Assembly: GCA_046155095.1 (NCBI GenBank) | Contig: JBJXEB010000112.1 | Span: 26,321 to 90,320, forward strand | Direction of reading: 5' to 3' | DNA length: 64,000 bases | DNA from: Cyclobacteriaceae bacterium | GTDB lineage: Bacteria; Bacteroidota; Bacteroidia; Cytophagales; Cyclobacteriaceae | Shown: piece by piece, positions 29,541 through 38,729 of the stretch | Layout of the letters: every line of letters begins with the position of its first letter | Numbering within the stretch: the first letter of the stretch is position 1 | Program-made: the position numbers and the translations under genes | Notes under the pieces: model-generated | The model's input: only the letters and a program-made list of their open reading frames with translations | Told to the model about the DNA's origin: nothing | Databases searched by the model: none

Positions 29541-30091
29541 GTAAGGTAAAAGTAAATAATGCTTCTTATGTTGCCACTTTAGATATTGGAGCAACAAAGT
29601 TAAAGCAAGTAGTATGGTTGATGCTAAACGGTTTGTTTTTTATAAATCCGTTGAATCCACTCTCTTTTGTTAAAGTAAGCTTACTGCGTTTATTTGGCGC
29701 AAAAGTAGGGAAAGGAGTTTTTATCAAGCCCTCTGTCAGCGTGAAATATCCTTGGAAGCTATGCATAGGGAGTAATGTTTGGATAGGAGAAAACGTTTGG
29801 ATAGATAATCTATGCCAAGTAATGATTGGAGATAATGTTTGCATTTCTCAAGGTGCATTGCTATTGACCGGAAGCCACGATCATACTAAGCCTACATTTG
29901 ATTTCATTGCTAACGAAATCGTTTTAGAAGAAGGGGTATGGATTGGTGCCAAGGCAGTAGTAGGTGGTGGCGTTACCTGCAAGTCTCATAGTATTTTAGG
30001 AATTAATTCCGTTGCCGAAACAGACTTAAATGCTTATACGATATACAAAGGAAACCCCGCGGTACCAGTCATTGAGAGAAAAATATTTTAA
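29537..30091 (+). CDS. WcaF-like hexapeptide acetyltransferase
   Basis: LLRLFGAKVG, IKPSVSVKYPWKL, ISQGA.L.TGSHD, and GNPA. Confidence 0.88.
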   Translation: MSKVKVNNASYVATLDIGATKLKQVVWLMLNGLFFINPLNPLSFVKVSLLRLFGAKVGKGVFIKPSVSVKYPWKLCIGSNVWIGENVWIDNLCQVMIGDNVCISQGALLLTGSHDHTKPTFDFIANEIVLEEGVWIGAKAVVGGGVTCKSHSILGINSVAETDLNAYTIYKGNPAVPVIERKIF

Positions 30092-30099
30092 TTTTTGAT

Positions 30100-30789
30100 A
30101 TGAAATCAGTTTTTAAAAAGGTCGTTTACTTCTTTTCTTATTTTTTATCAAAAATACCTACATCAAAACCTTCACTCTTTTTTATTAAGCTAGGATATGC
30201 AATTAGGAGCGAATCGTTGTTTTATAAAACCAACGTTAGAGAATTTAAAGATAGACTGGAAATGCACAGCTACCTTTCCACTGACTTTACTGAAAATCAA
30301 AAAATTCAATTTCTTGAATTTGGTGTTTACAAGGGTCAAACTTTCGCCCTTTGGATGGGCAACAATAGAAATCCTCACTCTCGTTTTTTTGGATTTGATA
30401 CTTTTACCGGCTTGCCCGAAAGTTGGGGAAGATGGAAAAAAGGCAGCTTTTCCGCCAATGGAAAATTGCCAGATTTGGCTGATGAAAGAGGTGTCTTTTT
30501 GGTAGGGTTAATTCAAGATACGTTACCACTTAACATTGGTAAGATTAACCCGGATGAGAATAAGGTAATTCATATTGATGTCGATATATATAGTGCCACG
30601 CTAGTTACTTTAATTAACTTACTACCGATTCTAAAGAAAGGAGATATTATCATTTTTGATGATTTTTTTACCGTCATGGTTGCTGATCATGCGTTTAAGG
30701 CTTTTTTTGACTTTTTGGCTACTTATACATTTTCCTATAGGCCGTTATTCAAATGCAGAAGAGGTCACTTTGTGATAGAAGTTGCCTAA
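30100..30789 (+). CDS. TylF/MycF/NovP-related O-methyltransferase
   Basis: LEFGVYKG, GFDTFTGLPE, IHIDVDIYSAT, and IIIFDD. Confidence 0.85.
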   Translation: MKSVFKKVVYFFSYFLSKIPTSKPSLFFIKLGYAIRSESLFYKTNVREFKDRLEMHSYLSTDFTENQKIQFLEFGVYKGQTFALWMGNNRNPHSRFFGFDTFTGLPESWGRWKKGSFSANGKLPDLADERGVFLVGLIQDTLPLNIGKINPDENKVIHIDVDIYSATLVTLINLLPILKKGDIIIFDDFFTVMVADHAFKAFFDFLATYTFSYRPLFKCRRGHFVIEVA

Positions 30790-30804
30790 AGATTACGAAT
30801 GTAG

Positions 30805-32751
30805 ATGAACAAAATAATTATCAGTCATAAACAGATTAGGAGCGCTCTTCTAATAAGAAAAGTAGAAGAGAAATTCTTGGAGCTTTTTTCCCATGGAAAA
30901 CTAAACGGAACAGTGCATACCTGTGTAGGTCAAGAGTTTTCTGCTATAGCCTTTGCAGGTCAACTAAAGAAGAGCGATTTCATATTCTCTAATCACCGCT
31001 GCCACGGCCATTATATTTCTTTCACCAATGATTTAAGGGGATTGCTGGCAGAGTTAATGGGCAAGAAGACAGGAACGAGTGGAGGAGTAGGCAGTAGCCA
31101 GCATCTATGCAATGGCAATTTTTTTTCAAATGGCATACAAGGAGGCATTGTACCAGTGGCGGCAGGCTATGCCTTGGCAAATAAATTAAAAGAGAATGGA
31201 GCTATTGGCGTAGTTTATATTGGTGATGGGACTCTTGGCGAAGGTACATTGTATGAAACAATGAACATCATTTCCAAATGGCAAATTCCGCTATTAATTG
31301 TTTGTGAAAATAATTTCTACGCACAATCCACACCACAAAATGTAAATCTAGCAGGCGATATTTTAAAAAGATCAGAGGCATTTGATATTAAGACATTTAA
31401 AGGCGATACATGGAATCCTGACATACTTATCGATGAAGCAAAGAATGCTATTGATTTTGTGAGGCAAAGTGGTCAGCCTGGCTTTTTCTTAGTTGAGACC
31501 TATAGACTAAATGCACACTCGAAAGGTGATGATGATAGAAAGCCTGAAGAAGTGCAATCTTACGCGGATAGAGATTTTCTTAACATCTTTCAGAAAGAAT
31601 CCCCTAATTATTACGATAACTATTTGGAGAGTATCACCGCAGAGATTGATTCTTACATAAAGGACATCCTTAGCGAAGATGACCTGTCTTTAGATGAATA
31701 CTATTTAAAGGACAAACTGATTGCTAATCGTAAATGGACGCCCATTGAACCTATCAACAAAAGGCAAGTAGAACTAATCAATGATTTCTTCCATGAGCAA
31801 ATGAACCTAAACGATAAAATTATATTTATCGGTGAAGATATTTTGTCTCCTTATGGAGGCGCATTTAAAGTGGCAAAGGGTCTTTCAGCTAAAAAACCAG
31901 ATCGTGTTTTTTCCACGCCCATATCTGAATCGGCCATCATGGGAATCTCAAATGGACTTGCTTTAAATGGATTTAGACCATTTGCAGAGATCATGTTTGG
32001 CGATTTTATAACGCTGGCTTTTGACCAAATCGTTAACCATGCTTCTAAGTTTTACCATATCTTCAATCATCAAGTAAAGTGTCCCGTTGTACTGCGAACG
32101 CCAATGGGCGGTAGAAGAGGATATGGCCCCACGCATTCACAAACACTCGATAAGTTTTTGATTGGTATTGATAACGTGATTACGGTTGCTGTCAACACAT
32201 TGATTGATCCTGGACTGGTTTTTAATTCGGTCTTAAAACAGGAACACCCTGTTATTATCATCGAGAATAAAGTTGACTATGGAAAAAAAATACTTGCTCA
32301 AAAGAGTAGCAACTTTATCTATGAACGGAATGAAGACGAATTTCCGATCGTAAGAATTCGACCTACATACTCTACTCCAGATATAACTATAGTAGCGTAC
32401 GGTGGCATGGCTGATATTGTTGCCTCAGCGCTGAAAGATATTTTTGTTGAGACTGATCTCAAGCCTGAACTTATTGTATTTACACAAATCTCACCTTTTA
32501 ATCCTGAGTTGATTATTGAATCGGTAATAGTAACAGGCCGCTTAGTGATCGTTGAAGAAGGAAGTGCGGCTGGCGGTATTGGAAGTGAAGTCATAGCTTC
32601 TGTAATGGAGCAAATGAATCAACCTGTACAAGTAAAACGAATTGCAGCATTGCCAGTACCGATTCCATCTGTAAAATCGTTAGAACACATAGTTTTGCCT
32701 GAAAGAAACAGAATTATAGAGGAGATCAACCAACACTTTGTGATAAGATAA
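30805..32751 (+). CDS. Fused alpha/beta TPP-dependent 2-oxoacid-dehydrogenase E1-like protein
   Basis: GTVHTCVGQE, SNHRCHGH, TPP motif GDGTLGEG...ENNFYA, YRLNAHSKGDD; beta part GEDI, TPISE, EIMFGDF, and YGPTHSQ. Confidence 0.9.
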   Translation: MNKIIISHKQIRSALLIRKVEEKFLELFSHGKLNGTVHTCVGQEFSAIAFAGQLKKSDFIFSNHRCHGHYISFTNDLRGLLAELMGKKTGTSGGVGSSQHLCNGNFFSNGIQGGIVPVAAGYALANKLKENGAIGVVYIGDGTLGEGTLYETMNIISKWQIPLLIVCENNFYAQSTPQNVNLAGDILKRSEAFDIKTFKGDTWNPDILIDEAKNAIDFVRQSGQPGFFLVETYRLNAHSKGDDDRKPEEVQSYADRDFLNIFQKESPNYYDNYLESITAEIDSYIKDILSEDDLSLDEYYLKDKLIANRKWTPIEPINKRQVELINDFFHEQMNLNDKIIFIGEDILSPYGGAFKVAKGLSAKKPDRVFSTPISESAIMGISNGLALNGFRPFAEIMFGDFITLAFDQIVNHASKFYHIFNHQVKCPVVLRTPMGGRRGYGPTHSQTLDKFLIGIDNVITVAVNTLIDPGLVFNSVLKQEHPVIIIENKVDYGKKILAQKSSNFIYERNEDEFPIVRIRPTYSTPDITIVAYGGMADIVASALKDIFVETDLKPELIVFTQISPFNPELIIESVIVTGRLVIVEEGSAAGGIGSEVIASVMEQMNQPVQVKRIAALPVPIPSVKSLEHIVLPERNRIIEEINQHFVIR

Positions 32752-32752
32752 T

Positions 32753-34072
32753 ATGAAAGTGCTGCAAGAAATAACTGTTCCCCAAGAATCTGTCAACGAT
32801 CAAAGTTTGATTGTTCTTGAATTATATTTTAAGAACGGTGATAAGGTAGCAAAGGGAGCATTGATTGCTGAATTAGAAACTTCTAAAACCACCGTAACCG
32901 TAGAGGCTGAACAAGACGGCTATGTCCAATACTTCTGTAATGTGGGGGATGACTTAGAAGTAAATTCAATTATTGCCAGAATTTCTGACGAGATTCCTGT
33001 AATTGTGTTAGAAGAGAACAAGATTAACTTACAAAAGCAAAACGTGGTAGCACCCCACTATTCATCTCAGCATTCAATAAAAGAAACGATATTTTCAAAA
33101 AAAGCATTGCTCTTGATGGTTAAGTCGAATATTCAAAAGACTGCCTTTGTTGGGATGGATTTTGTAAGTGAAAAAGATGTCGAAAATATCTTGGGCGGGA
33201 GTACAAAGACAAAAAAAGTAGCCCCCATTAGCGCAAAAGACAGACGAGAAAGCGAAAATGTTGTTGATGATATTTCGAAAGTACAATTAGAAAAAGTAAA
33301 ATCATTCAAGCATAAAGAAATTGGGTACTTAAGCAGCGTACAGTCTGCAGGACTCGTAAGCGTTATTAATGCTATGGTAGAAGTAGAAGGTGTAATAGAT
33401 TACATCAACCAATATACACAATACTTCAAAAATTCTCTATTACCAATTGTTGTATATGAATGCGGTCGGTTATTGCAAAAGTATCCAGCCTTCAATGCCT
33501 ATTTTAACAACGAAAACATTGCCTACTATAAACAGGTTCATGTTGGCTTTGCTGTTGATATGGGCAAGGGACTGAAAGTTTTGAAAATCGCAAATACAGA
33601 AAACAAATCGATAAGAGAAATTGAACAAGAAATCTTTCAACTTTCCAATGACTATCTGGATGAAAAAATTAAAACGGATGTGTTAACCGATATCACGTTT
33701 ACGATCACAGACTTATCAGGCGAAGATGTTTTCTCGTTTACACCCCTTATCAACATGAAGAATTCTGCTATCCTAGGAATTTCTTCGATTGATCAAAAAC
33801 TAAAACGATGTGTGTTGAGCCTTGCCTTTGACCACAGGGTAACCGAAGGTAAGAATGCATCTGTTTTTCTATCAGAACTGAAACAACGTATAGAGTCATA
33901 TCGCTCAAAATTGTTTGATGCAGGCCTTCAATCGAAGTACTTATCAGGCATAAAATGTTATAAGTGTATGAAAAGATTAACGGAAGACCTTTCAGATGCG
34001 GGGTTCGCAAAGTGCATTACTCCGCTAGGTGAAGAGGCTTACATTTGCCAAGCTTGTTTTAAAGGGTTTTAA
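32753..34072 (+). CDS. E2-like lipoyl-domain acyltransferase with C-terminal Cys4 extension
   Basis: Lipoyl motif ELETSK (Lys45), catalytic-domain TITDLSG and FDHRVTEG, and tail CYKC...CQAC. Confidence 0.85.
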   Translation: MKVLQEITVPQESVNDQSLIVLELYFKNGDKVAKGALIAELETSKTTVTVEAEQDGYVQYFCNVGDDLEVNSIIARISDEIPVIVLEENKINLQKQNVVAPHYSSQHSIKETIFSKKALLLMVKSNIQKTAFVGMDFVSEKDVENILGGSTKTKKVAPISAKDRRESENVVDDISKVQLEKVKSFKHKEIGYLSSVQSAGLVSVINAMVEVEGVIDYINQYTQYFKNSLLPIVVYECGRLLQKYPAFNAYFNNENIAYYKQVHVGFAVDMGKGLKVLKIANTENKSIREIEQEIFQLSNDYLDEKIKTDVLTDITFTITDLSGEDVFSFTPLINMKNSAILGISSIDQKLKRCVLSLAFDHRVTEGKNASVFLSELKQRIESYRSKLFDAGLQSKYLSGIKCYKCMKRLTEDLSDAGFAKCITPLGEEAYICQACFKGF

Positions 34073-34075
34073 AAA

Positions 34076-34831
34076 ATGGAATCACTCATAAAACCGATTA
34101 TTGCCGAGTTCTTAAAAGTAGATCAGTCTACGATAGTGGGAAGCACCATTATTGATAGATCAGCAGTGAAAGGTTCTATTTTAGTGCATAGGATGTACGG
34201 TGCCATGGCCAACGCAGGTGTTGTTGTAACTGACTACACCGCAATAAAAACATATGGTCAGTTACTACAAAGATTGAATCCAACTAATAATGAAAATAGC
34301 CCTTTCGTAAATGACATTGAGACAACTGTCGCTTTAAATAGTGAAGGTGTTTCCTCCATCGGTATTGATATAGAACACATAAAGAATATGCCTGCTTGTA
34401 ATGATTATCGGCAAGACGAATTTTATAAGAAAAATTTTTCTCCTCTTGAGATTTCATATTGCGTTCTTCAACCCAATCCGATCATTTCATTTATAGGATT
34501 GTTTGCCGCAAAAGAAGCAATTGCGAAGGCCGACAACACGTATAAGAAAATCCCTTTTGATCAAATAGAGATTGATCATGACCAACTAGGCAAACCGTTT
34601 TTTAAGGAGTTCGATATTTCCATTTCACATGTGGAAGATTTTGCTGTAGCTGTTGCGGTATGGCTGCCGAAAAACACTATCTCTCAATCAGAACTGCCCA
34701 AATCGATGGCCATTGGCTTAAAAGAAATTGATTTGCTTAAAAGGAAGTTAAAATCCTATTCTATAGTCTCGATCATTTCTTTATTAATTGCTTTGGCCGC
34801 CATTTCTATTAGTTTTTTCTTCTTTCGATAG
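34076..34831 (+). CDS. ACP-like domain fused to AcpS-type 4'-phosphopantetheinyl transferase and C-terminal TM helix
   Basis: GIDIE, FAAKEAIAKA, GKP and ISISH AcpS motifs. The N-terminal ~70 aa helical domain has GS34IL at the ACP-Ser position, and the protein ends in a hydrophobic tail. Confidence 0.75.
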   Translation: MESLIKPIIAEFLKVDQSTIVGSTIIDRSAVKGSILVHRMYGAMANAGVVVTDYTAIKTYGQLLQRLNPTNNENSPFVNDIETTVALNSEGVSSIGIDIEHIKNMPACNDYRQDEFYKKNFSPLEISYCVLQPNPIISFIGLFAAKEAIAKADNTYKKIPFDQIEIDHDQLGKPFFKEFDISISHVEDFAVAVAVWLPKNTISQSELPKSMAIGLKEIDLLKRKLKSYSIVSIISLLIALAAISISFFFFR

Positions 34832-34854
34832 AGCGCTATTTGCCTAATAACGAG

Positions 34855-35604
34855 ATGAAAATTTCCCTCCTCACCGTTTCCTTTAATTCAGCCTCAACCA
34901 TCCAAGACACCATCGAATCAATTCGTTCCCAAGATTATAAAAACATTGAATACATCGCGGTGGATGGCAATTCAAAAGATGGAACGGTAGAGATCATTAA
35001 ATCGTACGATTCATTTATCAGTAAATGGATAAGCGAACCCGACAAAGGTATTTATGATGCCATGAACAAAGCTATTCAACTAGCAACGGGCGATGTGGTG
35101 GGGATTTTGAACTCCGATGATTTCTATTCGACTAACACTATCATATCACAAGTGGCCGAAGCTTTTACGGATGAAAAAGTAGATGTCGTTTTTGGAGACC
35201 TCGTTTTTGTTGACCCAAACAATCTTAATAAAATAGTTCGCAAGTATTCGTCCGCCAAATGGCATCCAACTAAATTTGCCCGCGGGTTTATGCCCGCACA
35301 CCCAACAGTTTTTATCAGAAGAAAGTATTATGAGCAATTTGGATTGTTTAAGACTGATTATAAAATTGCAGCAGACTATGAGCTGTTAATTCGTTTTCTG
35401 TATGTTCATAAATTGAAATACAAATACCTTCCCATCACTATGGTGAAGATGAGAAGGGGAGGGGTGAGCTCCAGAAGTTGGAGGAGCAATTTTATCTTGA
35501 ACGATGAGATAATTCGTGCCTGTAGGGAGAACGGCATTAAGACCAACGTGTTCAAGGTGTATCCAAAATATTTTACCAAGCTTTTTGAACTTTTCACATC
35601 CTGA
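34855..35604 (+). CDS. Glycosyltransferase family 2 (WcaE-like)
   Basis: DGNSKDGT, SEPDKGIYDAMNK, LNSDD, PAHPT, and AADYE. Confidence 0.9.
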   Translation: MKISLLTVSFNSASTIQDTIESIRSQDYKNIEYIAVDGNSKDGTVEIIKSYDSFISKWISEPDKGIYDAMNKAIQLATGDVVGILNSDDFYSTNTIISQVAEAFTDEKVDVVFGDLVFVDPNNLNKIVRKYSSAKWHPTKFARGFMPAHPTVFIRRKYYEQFGLFKTDYKIAADYELLIRFLYVHKLKYKYLPITMVKMRRGGVSSRSWRSNFILNDEIIRACRENGIKTNVFKVYPKYFTKLFELFTS

Positions 35605-36542
35605 TGGAAAGAATTTTTATTACAGGTGTGACTGGATTTATTGGACATAACTTAGTTCAGTATTTCAATACTCAACAAAACTTTCAGCTATTTGGCCATA
35701 GCCGCGATAGTGCAAAGGCACGTGTTCAACTAAAGGGTTTGCCTGTAGAGTTAATCGAAACGTATTCAGCAAAAGTGTTTGATGAACGAAGTATTGATAC
35801 AGTCATCCACTTGGCAGGCATTGCCCATGACTTAAGCAATCAATACAAGCCCGATGATTATTACCGAGTTAATTTTGAAAACACAAAAGTCGTTTTTGAT
35901 GAATTTGTAAAATCCAGCGCGAAGAAATTTATTTTTCTAAGTTCTATTAAAGCTGCTGTTGATATTTCTTCAAGAGAGGTGGATGAAAGCGTTGAGCCAA
36001 TTCCGGTAACTGACTATGGAAAGTCGAAAAGAAAAGCTGAAGAGTACATTCAATCAATTCAACTAAGTAACAACAGACACGCTTATATTTTTAGGCCCTG
36101 CATGATTCATGGCAGTGGCAACAAGGGCAATTTGAATTTGCTTTACCGATTTGCCAAAACAGGGTTGCCTTACCCTTTCGGGGCGTTCAATAATCAACGG
36201 TCTTTTTTGACTATGGATAATCTCAGTTTCGTCTTTGAATCTTTTTTAGCTAAAGATATTCCCTCGGGTATTTTTCATTTGGCCGATGAAGGATTTCTTT
36301 CAACAACTGAACTTTATAAACTGATTTCCTTTGAGATTGGCAAGAAGCCAAGAGTGTGGCCTATTCCATCGGGACTGATCCAATTTTTCTTTTCTTTGAT
36401 TGGCAAGCGGGCAACACTCAATAAACTTACCGAAGACATGATGGTTTCAAATAAAAAATTGCTTCGGTATATTGGCCAGCCTTTGCCGATAGAGATGCGC
36501 GAAGGCTTGAAGAAAACAATACGGTCATTTCATGGAGCTTAA
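35604..36542 (+). CDS. NAD-dependent epimerase/reductase (WbpV/WbpK/Gnu-like)
   Basis: GVTGFIG, HLAGIAH, YGKSK, RPCMIHG, NKGNLNLLY, and NQRSFL. Confidence 0.85.
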   Translation: MERIFITGVTGFIGHNLVQYFNTQQNFQLFGHSRDSAKARVQLKGLPVELIETYSAKVFDERSIDTVIHLAGIAHDLSNQYKPDDYYRVNFENTKVVFDEFVKSSAKKFIFLSSIKAAVDISSREVDESVEPIPVTDYGKSKRKAEEYIQSIQLSNNRHAYIFRPCMIHGSGNKGNLNLLYRFAKTGLPYPFGAFNNQRSFLTMDNLSFVFESFLAKDIPSGIFHLADEGFLSTTELYKLISFEIGKKPRVWPIPSGLIQFFFSLIGKRATLNKLTEDMMVSNKKLLRYIGQPLPIEMREGLKKTIRSFHGA

Positions 36543-37506
36543 TCAGACTCTCTATTTCTCCCTTATTGGTCTTTTGCTATTTGCGATCGAGTTGATCTAC
36601 TTTCGCGTTGCTATTAGGTTTGGTATTGTTGATAAGCCCAATAGTCGTAGCTCTCATGTAAAGCCAGCTATTCGGGGTGGAGGGATCATTTTTGTTTTTG
36701 CTGTCTTGGTATGGTCTGGGAGTCATGATTTTTCGTTGCCTTGCTTTGTATTTGGGGCATGTGCTATTGCTGTAATCAGTTTTTTGGATGATGTGATGTC
36801 ACTCAATCCATTGGTGCGCTTTCTTATTCAGCTATTGGCAGTAGTACTCCTATTCTACCAAATAGGGCCAAGCAGTTGGCCTGCCTATTTGTTGGTGTTG
36901 GCCGTGATTGTGTGCATAGGCACTCTGAATGCCTTTAATTTTATGGATGGCATCAATGGCATCACTGGCGTCTATGCTTTAGTGGCACTAATTTCATTTT
37001 CATATATTCACGTACAGATGATTGCTTTTACAGAGCTATCGCTCATCATTGTTGTCTCCATTTCCGTACTAGTCTTTTTGTTTTTTAATTTCAGAAAGCG
37101 TGCGCAGTGCTTTGCGGGCGATGTGGGTAGCGTTACCATTGCATTTGTTTTGATATTCCTTTTGCTTCAGTTGATCTTGGTAACAAATAATTTTTTATGG
37201 CCGCTGCTTTTTCTAGTTTATGGTACAGACTCCATCGTTACCATTATTTTCAGGATTAAAAGAAGAGAAAATATTTTTAAGCCGCACCGAACTCACCTAT
37301 TTCAGCACTTGTCAAATGAGCTAGGATGGCCTCATCTGACTGTTTCATTAACGTACGGTGCCATCCAGTTACTTTTTAACACCATTCTTTTCATTACCCT
37401 TAGTCGTCATCAATATGTTGTCCCAATTGTATCGGCAGTAATCTTCATCGTTGTGTATTTAATTATCAGGATTAAAATTGTGCGGCATATCTCAAAAAGT
37501 GAATAG
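36532..37506 (+). CDS. MraY/WecA-like polyprenol-P HexNAc-1-P transferase (WbpL-like)
   Basis: DKPNSRSSH, RGGG, DD, NAFNFMDGINGI, FAGDVGS, and PHRTHLFQ. Confidence 0.9.
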   Translation: MELNQTLYFSLIGLLLFAIELIYFRVAIRFGIVDKPNSRSSHVKPAIRGGGIIFVFAVLVWSGSHDFSLPCFVFGACAIAVISFLDDVMSLNPLVRFLIQLLAVVLLFYQIGPSSWPAYLLVLAVIVCIGTLNAFNFMDGINGITGVYALVALISFSYIHVQMIAFTELSLIIVVSISVLVFLFFNFRKRAQCFAGDVGSVTIAFVLIFLLLQLILVTNNFLWPLLFLVYGTDSIVTIIFRIKRRENIFKPHRTHLFQHLSNELGWPHLTVSLTYGAIQLLFNTILFITLSRHQYVVPIVSAVIFIVVYLIIRIKIVRHISKSE

Positions 37507-37515
37507 ATTTGGGGG

Positions 37516-38091
37516 ATGTACATTTCTTATTTTAAAAGAGCTATTGATATTTTTCTTTCCTTGATAGTCATCGTTCTATTTGGATGGCTCTTCCTATTGA
37601 TCATCGTTTTGTACTGCATCACTTTTCAATTCCCACTTTTCTTTTTTCAAGAGAGGATAGGTAAAGATCAAAAGCCCTTTCTCTTGATAAAATTCAGATC
37701 ACTGATCAACTCAGATCAATCACTACAAATGAGACGGTTTTGGCTAGGTGATCTACTGCGTTTCTTTTCATTGGATGAACTTCCTCAGATTTGGAATGTA
37801 TTGAAGGGTGAAATGTCCTTCATTGGTCCACGACCGCTGCCGACAGAATACTTGCCCTTGATGAACGTAGATCAACGAGTACGTTATAAAGTTCTACCTG
37901 GCATCACCGGTTGGGCACAAGTGCGCGGCCGTCATTCACTTTCGTGGGATCAGAAGTTTGAATTAGATAGCTATTATGTGAATCATTTATCACTTGGTTT
38001 AGATTTGCGCATTCTATTCAAAACGATTGTATTACTTTTATCCTTTCGAAAGGATCAATCATTACTGGAAGAAAAATTCAAAGGCAATTGA
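37516..38091 (+). CDS. PglC-like monotopic phosphoglycosyl transferase (Bac_transf)
   Basis: KRAIDI, QERIG, KFRS, SLDELPQIWNVLKGEMSFIGPRP, and PGITGWAQV. Confidence 0.9.
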   Translation: MYISYFKRAIDIFLSLIVIVLFGWLFLLIIVLYCITFQFPLFFFQERIGKDQKPFLLIKFRSLINSDQSLQMRRFWLGDLLRFFSLDELPQIWNVLKGEMSFIGPRPLPTEYLPLMNVDQRVRYKVLPGITGWAQVRGRHSLSWDQKFELDSYYVNHLSLGLDLRILFKTIVLLLSFRKDQSLLEEKFKGN

Positions 38092-38729
38092 TACAAGATA
38101 TCGCAATTTACGGGGCAGGAGGATTGGGCAGAGAAATGGCCTTGATGATTCAGCAAATCAATAAAGTTAGCAATCAGTGGCACATCATTGGGTTTTTTGA
38201 TGATGGGCTAAATCGAAACAATAAAGTTGACAATTGGATAGTATTGGGTGGGCTTACGGAGGCAAATGTATGGGACAGAAAATTAGCCTTGGTTTTGGCC
38301 ATAGCAGATTCTCATGTTCGTTTTAAATTGGCAGAGCAATTGATCAATCCGCAGTTGAGTTTCCCCACATTGATACACCCATCGTGCAATACGGGTAGCG
38401 AACAAAACCAATTTGGCAAAGGCGTACTTCTTGCGGCTAACGTGGTGTTGACTACGAATATTAAACTTGAAGATTTTGTGATCGTCAATTTAGCAACAAC
38501 GATTGGGCATGATGTTACGATTGGTAAATGTTCTTCTATTATGCCAGGTTGTAGCATTTCAGGGAATGTAAAAATAGGGGAGAAGAATCAAATTGGCACA
38601 GGTGCGCGATTCTTGCAAAATATTTCAATCGGTGACGACTCTGTTGTAGGTGCTGGTGCAGTGGTAACAAAAAGTTTTCCTGCTAATAGTAGGCTGATAG
38701 GTGTGCCAGCTACTAATTTTGAGAAATGA
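38088..38729 (+). CDS. PglD/NeuD-like sugar N-acetyltransferase
   Basis: IYGAGGLGRE, GFFDD, TLIHP, IGHD, hexapeptide repeats, and GVPA. Confidence 0.88.
   Translation: MIQDIAIYGAGGLGREMALMIQQINKVSNQWHIIGFFDDGLNRNNKVDNWIVLGGLTEANVWDRKLALVLAIADSHVRFKLAEQLINPQLSFPTLIHPSCNTGSEQNQFGKGVLLAANVVLTTNIKLEDFVIVNLATTIGHDVTIGKCSSIMPGCSISGNVKIGEKNQIGTGARFLQNISIGDDSVVGAGAVVTKSFPANSRLIGVPATNFEK

Noticed and set aside
30805-34072. Housekeeping pyruvate/branched-chain 2-oxoacid dehydrogenase complex
   Set aside because: No E3 is adjacent, E2 has an altered catalytic motif and a Cys4 tail, and the genes are coupled to an ACP/PPTase inside a glycan locus.
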